Shown here one piece after another: positions 1 to 11,600 of a DNA stretch of 64,000 nt (the first letter of the stretch is position 1; every line of letters starts with the position of its first letter). The DNA is from Iphione sp. A-MEVVRFRX5 (Eukaryota). Under the pieces are notes generated by a model. It saw nothing but the letters and a program-made list of their open reading frames with translations, ran no database searches and was not told the origin of the DNA. Location: assembly GCA_976226885.1 (NCBI GenBank), contig OZ320314.1, forward strand, positions 52,142,001 through 52,206,000, written 5' to 3'. A program made the translations under genes and the position numbers.

Positions 1-1138
1 ACAGTATCCAATACTTGCTTCCCTCCTGCTTTGATAAATTGCCATCAGAAGGGCTACCTGTCACGCTTATCGCATATGCCACTGATGCATTGTCCTAGGA
101 GGAGGTCTTTAAAGCGAGATTTCCTGCCTCGTAGAAGGCGGCTTCTCTTCTGGTACTGTGTATATTCACCTTGGGAAGAAGGTTTTTTTTTAGTCCGTCC
201 TAGATGATGGTTACCCTTTATGGTTTGCAGAAGCAGGGCTGCTTTTAATGATTTAACGATGATTTACAGAAAAGGCGTGGAAGGGAGAGTATATCAGAAA
301 GGAAATACATGTGATAAGTCACAAGAATAGGAACGCTGTAGTTATTTATGATACTTGTGCAGTACTGGAAGCACAGATTACATATGAATATTATCATTAC
401 AGTTAATTTCATTATTGCAAAAATTAAAATCATATCGTCTATATGGCTTGTACCGGCAGATGAGGGTACTACACTGTTATTCCGTGCTTCCAAAGCTGTA
501 TCACCATTTTCTGTACAGTTCACTGTACATAAACTATGTTGCTTGGCATCTTGAACCCCAACTTCAGCATACTTTTACAAGTGAAGCCTCAGATAAGGTT
601 ATATAAAAGTTGTTGTTTGCATTGAAGATTGAGTTGTAGTACTTTTTGCTGTATACATCTTCAATGTATTGAGGGCTTATATTTTTCTGTTGGTCAAGTA
701 AAATATAGAAGATAGTTTTGTATTTTCAGTACATGCAGTTTTAAGGTAAAGACGCTGTGCTTGAGAGGGATAGTCTTTGACGGAATTTCCATTTCTTAAA
801 CCTATAATTTTAAATCTATATCTAGGTACTAGATAGTTAAAGTCTGAGAAGCAGCGATTACACGATATAATGGATGAAGTGACATTTGTCACCGAGTACA
901 TTATAGAGTGTGAGCTGGTCCGAGGACTTTAACTGATTTAACACCCCCCTCCCCCTAGAGCCGAATGATGTGCAAACTCAGTCAACAAGGATTTTGTCCA
1001 ATGAGTCAATAGACAAGGTGAATTTCATGCCCTCCCTCACACACACACAATTCATAACGCTGCTATGCGAACCCAATCCAGAAGGTTTAGGGGTGGACTG
1101 CATGCCTGTTCACAACTGAGCGATGTCACGGATTAGTG

Positions 1139-1660
1139 CAGGAGGCGTGCAGCCCCTTAGATCAGTTGAGAAGCTTTTGGAGCGATTTAGGATCAGTCTA
1201 GACACTTCACTTGTACATTATAGAAAGGCATGAAAATATAATGTCCTCTCATTTAAAATTCAAGGAAGACTGTTATCATTGTGAAAAAACGGATTTGAAA
1301 AAGAAGACAAAGGGGGCTGTGGGGGGGGGTATTCCCCCCACATTAAAGAAAGAAGAAAAAGGATTATTTCTGGAGGCTATGCTAAAGATACATTTAATTC
1401 ATGATAAGGTGCCAAATATATCTGGAGGTAGTGCTAAAGATGCATTTAATTCAAGAAAAGCATAAAATATTACTGGAGGTTCAGCTAAAAATACATTGAA
1501 TTCATGAAAGGGTAGCAAGTATTTCCAGAGGTCATGCTAAAGATGCATTTAATTCATGAAAATATTCAAAAGAAAAAGGGCGGGGTGTGAGGGTCTCCCC
1601 CCACAGTAACAAATTTGTGAAAGTAAATTTCATTCAAAAATGGAACATTTATAAACATGC
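1139..1660. mobile_element. Non-autonomous DNA-transposon (MITE-like) remnant with internal minisatellite
   Basis: Starts CAGGAGGCGTGCAGCCCC. Contains G/C-run blocks (GGGGGCTGTGGGGGGGGGTATTCCCCCCAC; GGGCGGGGTGTGAGGGTCTCCCCCCAC) followed by AAATTTGTGAAAGTAAATTTCATTCAAAAATGGAACATTT, a layout I recall from invertebrate GC-run MITEs. No convincing right TIR, so boundaries are approximate. Confidence 0.4.
1365..1566. repeat. Minisatellite, 4 copies of a 51-52 bp unit
   Basis: Consensus near CTGGAGGTNATGCTAAAGATRCATTTAATTCATGAAA...AATATTT. Unit anchors at 1370, 1422, 1473 and 1525, read directly from the sequence. Confidence 0.9.
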
Positions 1661-1712
1661 TTCATCTTTAACCCTGCAATGAATTCAAGAATTATGGTTC
1701 AATCTTTGTACT

Positions 1713-1960
1713 GCCTCTGTGGAGCAGTGGGTTGGAGTGCCGACTCTATGTTCGCCATGTATGGAGCATTCTGTAGACTCCAGTTTGAATCCCTACCCAA
1801 TCCTCACTACATTTTGTAAGGCGAAACAGTGTCAACAGAGTCCTACCCATAACAGGCTGTCAATAGAGAGACCACAGGGCGATTACTGGATATAATTGAC
1901 TCAGGCGGATGATAGGAACATAGGGAGAAGAGGACGGCAGGGCCTTATATAGCATTTTGG
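1713..1960 (+). mobile_element. tRNA-derived SINE (Pol III head plus body; 3' end uncertain)
   Basis: tRNA-like start GCCTCTG, then A-box-like TGGAGCAGTGG (1720-1730) and B-box-like GTTTGAATCCC (1783-1793). No cloverleaf can be folded and there is no 3' acceptor strand, so not a tRNA gene. Confidence 0.6.
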
Positions 1961-4900
1961 TTGTCAAGTGTCTCCAGGAAGTGTGAACAGTTCAGCAGTG
2001 AATTTTTTATTGCTGTTAATAAATCATTTTACCAAACTTCAGTTTAATCAATAGCTTAATGTCCCCTGCCAAAGCAGAGGGCATCATTTTCGTCATCACC
2101 AGCCATGAATTAAAAATGCTTGGGTCTAGTCTGTATAAGTGATTCGAGTAGGGTGTTCGTGTTGCATCACCGTTGACAGTTTCACAAGTGAAACGACTAG
2201 ACCTGATGGATTTACTCACAATACCAGGCTGGAAGACGGCAGTGTCAGTCTCGTTAGTATCTGCTGGGGTACTGATGTAGGGTGTCAGGGCCACCGACCC
2301 AATAGGTCGGCTGCTTGGGACTGAACTTATGGCTCTTGTGTCCATGGTACTAGAGAATGTTAAAGTCCTTGGAAACTGAATATACAAATGTACATTGGCT
2401 CGAGTTCTAAGCAACGGTTCGAGTTCGATGCAGCCTCAGCAAATGACTTCATGTTGAGGCACTGCCAACAGGCAGATGTATTGCCATTCGACTGAGTGCC
2501 CAGACTTGCTTTTTAAGTCGAAATTTTAGCTGCTGTCTGTACATCTCCCCCGGGGGACTGAACTACAACAGTGATAACCGGAGTTTACATACCGTATACA
2601 TATTATCTTGAACTATGACAGACTGGTCAGGTCGAAACTAATGTGTGGTAAGTATTATAGCCCAGGAAGCGAAATAAACAAACATACGGGGGGCAAATAT
2701 ATACGCTGTAACCAGTGAACTATGACAGCCTGAACTGATCAAAGCCCTGACGGCCGGGCGAGTCTTTAAATTTTGCAGTACATACGAACATGATCACTGA
2801 ACCATGGCAGCCCAGTCAGATCTAAGACAAGGTTGACTGGTACGTGGTGTGCCGGTCGAGTGTATTAAATTGACTGCCATGAAGGGCTTTGCTTGGAGGA
2901 TAGCCCGAGGGAAGGTTTTGGGGGAGTTAAATAGGGCCCGGAAGACCCTAGGGCACTTCCGAGCGTTAGCTTACGCGTAGGCAGGCTAATAGGTGGTTAG
3001 AGCCATGCCCGGGCCGGCAGATTGAGGGTTGTCGTGGTGGAGAGGGGATAGGGGATAGGGACCGGTGCCCGGCAGTTAGAGAGGTTTGTTTTTGAGGGAA
3101 AAGCTTTACGGGATAGCTTCTGGATATTTGATCGACCGCACATCAATAATATCAATACGATACAAATTGAAGGCAGGAATAAATGGAGCATTCGAGACGA
3201 CGACAGGATCACGAGAGAGGAGAAACCCTTAAAGAGAGTGGGATCGAAAGAAAGAGAAAGGGCAAGGACCGCAATGAGAGGGACACATATCAGAGGCGAT
3301 AAGGATGTAAGAACAACTGGTGCATGAAGAAGACAATGTGGAGCAAGCATTGCTCTAAGATAGAAAGAGGGGCCTTGCGATCATTGCTCGGGAATAAGTA
3401 TCACAGCTGTTACAACAATCAGCGGCCTGCAGTCACTAGGAGAGCAGTGAAGCACTGTAGGAATGACAGCTTTTAGAGCGGAGGTAGCGTGTGAATTAGC
3501 AACGTGAAGGATGACCTGCCGGCGGTGCTCTTGTACTGGTCCCTCGTACCAGTGGTGAGAAATGGCCTTGTGCCCAAGCAGGACAACGACAGTAACCGGA
3601 GAGTAATGTGCTAGCGACAAGGTACAGGATGCATCCATTGGCTAACATGATCCTTACAAGAAGGGGCAGCGTTTATGGCAGGCATCAAGGAAGAGTAAGA
3701 GAAACAGGGGGCTCTCCGGATACCTGGCGTTATTAAAATAAATCCAACTCACTACAGCCTTCCCTGAAGTGATTTAAACAGGTAATAGACATCATAAACC
3801 ACACAAAGCCAGATACAGGTCACAAGTGAGCACTCCCGTGAGTGACATCAGACACGTACAGAGCACTCCAGCCTCAGTGTAGGTAGCAGGCGTGAAATAA
3901 TTGGCGAGAGAGACTGCGGAGTGTGTCCTTCTGCTTGGTCGAATAAATGTGCCTTATTGTAAGCCTGGAATCACTCAGGCTCTTACCCATGTGGGGCGGG
4001 AGCTATTAGTAGGTGATGTGGCGGGCATATTGATTCAGGCCTAATCGAACGGGCTACATAACAGCCCATCGGGGGTTAGAAGGCGCCTAGTCTTGCAATG
4101 AGTAGCAGGTTGGGTGTAAAATTTTTGCTTGGCTCCATGAGAGACGGACATGAATGCCAGAAATAGTGAGAGATTTGACAACCTGTACTGTTCGAGAGAA
4201 GAAAGAGACGAAGAGGGCTTAAGGATGTTCATCGTGCAAACGGTACTGGTCTACTGTGAGCTAAGGCCATTGTACGACCAAACAGTCTGTATTAAGAACA
4301 GCGACCAGACTGACTTAAAATCTGTCACTTGGCTCCCAGAACGAGACCGATACGTCTGCCAAGAAGAATGAAATATGACCGCCTACTCTGTCATGTCTGA
4401 GAGAAAAGGGACAACGGAGGTTCAGGTCTGTCCATTATGCCGATAGTGTCACTGTTCAATGAGCAATGTATCTATTACTGGCACCAACCGGGCTGTTTCA
4501 AATTGTCCCTGTTGGAAATGAATCTACAGTGTAGTATTGCAATAGGAGCGTTTTCTGAAAGGGTAGGAGTGAGTGTAGAGAGTAAAAGAGAGTGAGATAG
4601 ATCAAAAACTGTGTGTATGTGTGTGTTTTGGAGGACGCCATATGAGTTTGCCTTCCGAAGTATTATGGGCTTCTACCCTCGAGTTAACTAGCCATGTTAA
4701 CCATAACACTAAATAGTATAACAATGATACAATTCATAGGCTCTCCCCACCTTCATAACCTTCATCTGTAACCATACCTTGATGTAACAATGACTGTATA
4801 GGCAAATAGGGTTATGCATCATTAGCCAAGAATGCAGAAAGGAATATGGCATCTGTGGAACAGCTGAAACGGTCGATACATTGCGGTTCAAACCTCCGAC

Positions 4901-7900
4901 CGAGAGCTCTTCTGATGTTCTAATAGATTCCCAATTTCCACCGACCATAAGGTTACCTGCTGAAGTTCAGTTCCACTTAAGCATTGACATTCTTTCAACC
5001 CCTTTGATCGTAGGTTTCATAGATAAGTCCGGAATACCTCCTAATAAAAGGATATTAGTTGATGTGGACCCCCTCCTCCCCCCCAAAAAAAAAAGAAATT
5101 TAAAAACTTTATAGGATTATATGTTCTATCCCGTGGTTTGATATTTATAGAGACTATTAGTGATGATGGTTTATTTGAGTATTTGAGCCATACCAACTAC
5201 TTCCTTTCCTGTAACGAATACTGTCCATATAAAGGTTAAAGACACTGCGTTTTGCCATCAGCTACATAATAAAATCAAGCTAGGTAATGCACTGAGAGAC
5301 ACTGCAGACAATAACATCATCGCAAACTCGATAGACCCTTGATGTGGCATCAGGAACAGCATGCATAGAAAAACTTGACACACTGTACACACATTAGCTC
5401 CAGCTTCCTACTGATAAAAGCAAAGATAAATACCACGTGGAGTCATGGACAATAACGAAAACCATCTCCCATAATGCCTACTTGATGTGCTATCGGAAAG
5501 GCTAGAAACCTGATAGAGAGACGGTAGGTGCCATCTTACTTCATACTAATAAGAACAGACATGAGCAAACATTAAGGTTATGGTACAGTCGCCGTGGCTT
5601 TTTCGTTATCAATCTGCGCTGCAAGATGCTGGAAGCCGTAGTTTAGCCACTGGGCCACCAGGCATCAGAGAGTCAATACGGCAAACCTAGCCACTCGGCC
5701 CGGCAGCTGTTGTCCTTCGTCCTTTGTTCGCAACTGCCTTCGGTGGACTATTGATGGTGAGGTAGGGATGGATGTTGAAGCAGGGATGGGGAAGCCTTGT
5801 TTTCCTCCTATTCCAACTCCCCCCCTCTACGTCTCCCTTGCTATGCTAGAAGCTTGGTCTAAGTGACAGACGGGGGTCTAGATGGTGCGAGGTCGTACCA
5901 GGCAGTGGCTGGTGGATAGTGGTTGATGCGCTGGGACTGAGAGCTGGCAGGACGGTCCTTTCGGGTATAGGAAGTGGGTGAAGGGATGGGTGGCAGGAGC
6001 GTGTGGCTCTAGAAGAGAGCTCTGTGTGGGATCTAGTCGGACAGTGTCGCTGCGTTGGCAAGGGAACATGACCTGATGTGACCCTGCAGGTAGTAAGGGA
6101 AGTGTGACAAGAGCGGAAAGTGAGGCTGGTGATGGGGAGGGGGGATCGGGAAAGTTCAAAGCGGCAAGAGGGCATAGGTTACCCAAGGGGCATGGGGCAG
6201 TTAGAGTTGAGATGGAATCTGGTGGGTGACATTCAAGAGGAGGCTCTAACTCTACCTAGTATGTCCACTGCCGATGGAACAGAGAAAGGTTCCCTGTTAT
6301 TGACAAGGTTATGCAGAAGTAGGCACCCAGTATATAATACATGTATGAATATTACGCCGGGAAACCTCACTACTGGAACACAGCTTGGTCCAAAATGATT
6401 ATGCTTGCAATGGTGAGGTACTAGTAAGGGTTTTACATTGAACGGCCTCTTTCTGTGCCAAGTGCATTTTGTTCAGAATAGTGACGTTACTGGAAGAGCA
6501 AGGGGTTTCCGCAGCGAGGTTTCATATGTGTACAAACCTAAGAGCACTGGGGTCAGTAAATGAAACTTAAGTTTTGTCCAAGTTATAAAGTAGTCTGCAT
6601 ATGGTCTGTGCTTGGCCTAAAATTGAATGGTACACATCAGATATGCCTAATATTGGCTTGAATGTGAACATAGCCATCGGTTCAGAAGGCAGCATATCTA
6701 GTATTTTAGCAGAAAAAAAAGAACCGGCGAATATCTGAGATACAACATTCATAATATGGACAAGGTAAAAAGTATGGCAAACAGACGTATTTCACTTGTA
6801 CAACGCTTAGTAGTCTCTTTGTTATGAAACGCCGTTAAGGAATATATGGGCAAATAATTTACTGAAAGATTAACATGAATGCGTTAGGGGAGAGAAAAAG
6901 TGAATTAAAAGAAGTAATGAAATAAACAAGTTTTTATCGTCGCATTAGTATATAGGGAGTGACACAGAAACACCTGAAGTTCAAAAGACTTTTGCCCGTA
7001 GAGTTTACTTTATAATGCTAGAAGTGGAATAGCTGGCTACCGAAAGCAGTTCATGTTGAAAATATGATGCACCAGACCAAAGAAAACCATCAGCGTTCAC
7101 CCTTTTTGAAATGATTAATTTAAAGATGGATTAAGCTAGGTCAGGGCTGAAGGTATGGACATGGTCAGTCATGTATCTTTTATAGTACCCACACCTTAAG
7201 GTTTTTAATTTAGAAGTATACCCACGCTTTGTTCCTTTTACATGTCTGTAGTTTGCAGTTGATATTCGTATCCGTTTTTATTGCTTCATGGGATAAGTAG
7301 AACAAAACAACCAAATTAATGGCGTTCACGTAGAGTTCTTACTACATTCCACAGAATTGATTGTAGTATGATTGTAGCATTGAAAAATAACTTTGGAAAA
7401 GGAACGCGCTTTTCCTGAGAACATAAACAGTCTGCGAAGCTAGAAAATATTCATTTGTCCAAACCATCCCTGCCACCTGTTTCTATTTTCCTATCTTCCC
7501 GCTGAGTATTTCATGGTTATTTATTTTCCTTATTCTTTCACGGTAAGCTAAAGTTTCACTGACATTGCAAGAATGAAAATAATCTACAATGTATTGCCTT
7601 TCTAGCAATATGTGTAACCTATAGCATTACAGTCATACATGATTCGAACAATATAGCTTAATCATTGTTAAAACATACCAGTGGGACTATAGTGGTATCT
7701 TTTCACCTCCTCCTGGACACTCTTACTGCAGTCAAGGCCAGTTATAAAACACTTGCGAACCTCTTGTACAATGTGCAATACATTAAGTTTTGTCCATACA
7801 ATATAGTTATACTGTTCATGAAATATTACTTACATTGTACCTTTCCACGCCCACACCTGCAAACTGAATAATATACTGGGCATACAAAATCACGATGATC

Positions 7901-8615
7901 ATAAAACTGTCGTAAAGGTAAGTTATTGGCGTGATTCCTGAATACGGATCCCACCGAGAAACTAACTCCAATTTGTCTCCTGGTTAGTTCGGAAGCACAG
8001 GTAGGAACTCTATAAAACTCGCATGAGAATGTCCGCAGACTAAGGTGCCCGCCACACAAAGCCGATCCCTCCAGTCGTTCAGATGCTAACTAACCTAAGA
8101 CTATCGAAAAACGTCCTTGCCATTCAACATTTTCACCCGGTCAGCCCATTGGGGCCACACAAGTAGACTCCCTGAGGAAATCCATTGTTCTCTACCAAGT
8201 TTCTACTTCAAGGTGTAGTTTGAATGGAACTTAAATGAATAGTGAAATGGAGCATTGGAAGGCCTACTACTGTAGGCTTTAACCCCATCAGACGGGCAGC
8301 TCATATACTTAATTTCTTTCATATAGTCGGGCTTGACAGTCTGGGTGGTATCACCTCAAAGCTCCGTCAAGAAGAGAAGACCGTAAAGTATTAAACATAC
8401 AGCCATACGACTGACAATGGCTACTATAATGTTACTCACGTAGATAGCCTACTGGTGGGTCTTCTGGGAAGAAATGATATCGATATCCGTAACCCTTTTG
8501 AATACATACTTGTATGTCGCTGTGTATGTTTACATGTATTTGTATATCCGCACGTTGTGAGCTTTCTGTATATATTCTGCATAAAACATAAAATTTAAAG
8601 GGGTTATTTCAATAA

Positions 8616-8639
8616 GACGATATCCTGACGATATCCTGA
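8616..8639. repeat. Short tandem duplication (GACGATATCCT x2)
   Basis: Exact 11-bp direct repeat at 8616-8626 and 8627-8637, followed by GA. Confidence 0.9.
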
Positions 8640-11600
8640 AGAGATAGTTACTCACGATAAAGATACCTGGGCTCATGCCCTCATGGTTTATTTTACGTAA
8701 ACGTGCTGCCTTGGACTTAATCTAAAAAATACTACTATCAAAATGGGGGAGATATGTTCACTTAAATACTAATATCCTATCTTCCCGTCTTATCACTCTT
8801 AGGACTTAAAGTACAACTGAATAGGATCCTTTACAGCAATAGCTGTGAAACGTGCTGAAGAATGCCAGTTCAGTGAACACAAAATTAATGTCTACTCTGT
8901 TTTCATACGCTTTCCTAAGTAACTATTGCAGGCATAACAGAATCAACATTCCTCTGGTAACACCTTTGGCACAACTTAGATTTGGACACTTTCCAACTTT
9001 ACTTGTGTATGCCTCTGTGGCACGATTCAAACATTGCCCAGCCGCAAATCCACACAGAAAGCAAACATTTGCAATTAGATAAACAACAAAATCATAACAT
9101 ATCTAAACACCTGGAAAACCCACGTTTACCTCGGCGGTGCAGATCACAAATAAAAATCACCACAAATCCTTGGGCCTGTCAAGTTGTAGCAGTTACCTTA
9201 TTAAAGAGTTAAGTTTCATGCGGCCAAGGTTTGTCTTGTGCGAAGGCAAGTGTGCATGGCTTCCCCCTGGCTGCGGTGGGCTAAAACACGATCAAAGAAA
9301 GTTAAATCGGCACAGTTGCATGATCAGTCAACTTTGGCTGATTTGTCCCCAGGGATTTAGTGCCAATGGATGGATTTCGTTACTTGACACACCCGAATAA
9401 GGATAGGAGCCAACTGCTGTAATTACCAATCAGCAAACCCTTACACGTCGTACCTAGCCTTAATACGTCTCTTTTTTCTCTTGGAAAGGTCGACAATATA
9501 TAAGCAGCACCTTCGTTATCATGTTTATAAAATTGTTTCTGAGATAAATGCCCTGGCCTAGATGCTGTTGGGTGTACAGTATAACCTTTGTCTGAAAGCA
9601 CATCTGATAACTGGACAACCCTAGAAGAGGGAAATCATTTGACCAACGTTTTTCGAATTTCGATAAAGACGTATGATATTGGAGGTGATATCCCTCCAAT
9701 ACATGCAGTCAAGGGAGTGCAGTATATCCAATATACATATTCAAATTTCATAATTATTATTTGTCCCAAGTCATAACTTTCTATTAGTAGTTCAAATCGC
9801 CCATATAAGGACAAAGCAAAATTACATGGAAGAAAAAAGAACGGATGAAGAAAATCAATTAATGAAAGCAACATTATAAGAAAAATTTCATTACTAGAGA
9901 GAGAACAATTACATGGCTGCCAGGCAATATTTGGCCTGCCACGGACGGTGCCTTAAAGTCACACAGGGTCTGCCCTGGACAGTGTCTCAACACACTCATT
10001 GTCCCTACAGATGTGAACACTCTTTCTTTTCGCTTTTGCCGCCTTCCGAAGCAAGACAATTCGTAGTTTCAAAGATAACCCAGTTTGCAATAAAGGAATC
10101 ACAACAAAAGCTGTGTGCTGCTGTAAACGGTACGGACAGGGCTTAAGCAGCACAATAAAGTAACATCAATTCAAGACGGTTTATCTAATTACATCTTCTG
10201 TCAATATGAGACGTGTTGGGCAGGGAAAATCTATTCGGGTCTATATGCTCTTTGGTATACTAGTGTGACGGTAGTTACAATTCACATATTGAATTTTGTA
10301 AAACTTGAAGTAAACCCTTACGTCATCTCATTTTGTTTAACCTCAAATGGCAATGGTCTCTCAGGACCAACCAGTTTACACACGTGAAAGAAATGCCGGC
10401 GAAAACAAAAATAACGATGACGTAAATGAACGTTTTACAATAATTCTAGAATATAGAGCCATATTCGTCCTAAACATCGAGATAAACAAGAAGCGAATCT
10501 AAGAGCAGGCAGGCAGGATGGGCAGGATGAATTTGTAAGTTACTCTAGTCTTGTTGTTAGCCAAAACTAGGAGAAGCCGCTTGCAATCGTCTTCCTTGTG
10601 TGACTTCAAGAAGATTCGATTTTAACTAAGTTACTACTGGATGTAGTATCTGTAGTACCTAGTCGCTAAACTATATCATTTTCTTGCCATCAAGCATTAT
10701 CTGTCGGAAGGCCATTTGCTGATCCAGTCCATCATGTCCTTTAGCTGTCATATCATTTTCCAGGCGTCGCAGTCATGATGAAGTGCAACGGATTGAAAAA
10801 CAGGTTAAAACATGCATGCGCATAATTTCCCAGTCTCTTGCCAAAAAGAACTAGAAGCTCAGTAATGTATTGAACAACGAGTGACATCGGAACACATTTG
10901 TTGTGGTCTCTGAAATACATATTGCTCAGTGGGCGAAGTGAATGTTATTCTTTCGATTTCTGGTATTTGCGGGTGAACGTTAAGACGATATCAGGAGCCC
11001 ATCGAAATGGACCCGTACATAAAACCAGGGAGCACACCTTTCGAAAGCCTAATATATCTATTATTTAAAGTAAGACCGTCATTCAATGATTATATTTTCG
11101 TTGGCAAGAATGCCATGCCGTATCCTGTAAGTTGCCTTGTCCTTCTTCGATCTTCTCAGCTCTTATGAAAAGCGTATACGAAAGTAGCACCTATAGGCAA
11201 ATACTGTTAAGAGTCATTGAAGGACCCAGTCGGAATGACAGAAACCGGAGAGTGACGCCTGACAGACATACAAGAGAGAAAAGAGCATTTTCTCTAAGAG
11301 TGCTGCTTCGAACTATTAAAAAGACAAAGGATGGTCTCTCCAGAAAGATTAACATTTCAAACTGCAAAAGGAATCTCACTCCGATTTCCCAGAAAAGATA
11401 ACATACTCGAAATAATGAACCCTAGGAAATGAATAAAGACTTTTAATCACTAGTGGGATAAGGTGATTTTTCAGCCCTGCTGTCAAAGGAGTCCATATTA
11501 TTGTTGTATTTCCTATTGTTTACCATGCCCATAAAAGGAATTGTATAAGATATAGGAGCAGCGCATCTACAAGGAGGGGAAACAATACCTTTCCCCTCAA

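Noticed and set aside
245-523. ORF with N-glycosylation sequons and a hydrophobic stretch resembling a GPCR N-terminus and TM1
   Set aside because: GTG start only, stop after 92 codons, and no LAxxD, DRY or later TM motifs in any downstream frame.
2016-2414. 132-aa minus-strand ORF
   Set aside because: No true ATG at the called start and no family motif; this length is attainable by chance.
5581-5720. YSRRGFFVINL resembling Harbinger transposase NRKGFxSINxQ
   Set aside because: A stop follows, and the CD and WPGSxHD motifs are absent or misplaced.
10770-10855. DEVQRIEKQVKTCMRII resembling a LINE C-terminal ERIQKRAxRII
   Set aside because: Flanking residues on both sides do not match; too short to support.
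11574-11598. 9-bp stem hairpin GAGGGGAAA/TTTCCCCTC (also a 10-bp stem at 26386-26410)
   Set aside because: One to a few such stems are expected by chance in 64 kb; no terminator context applies to a eukaryote.
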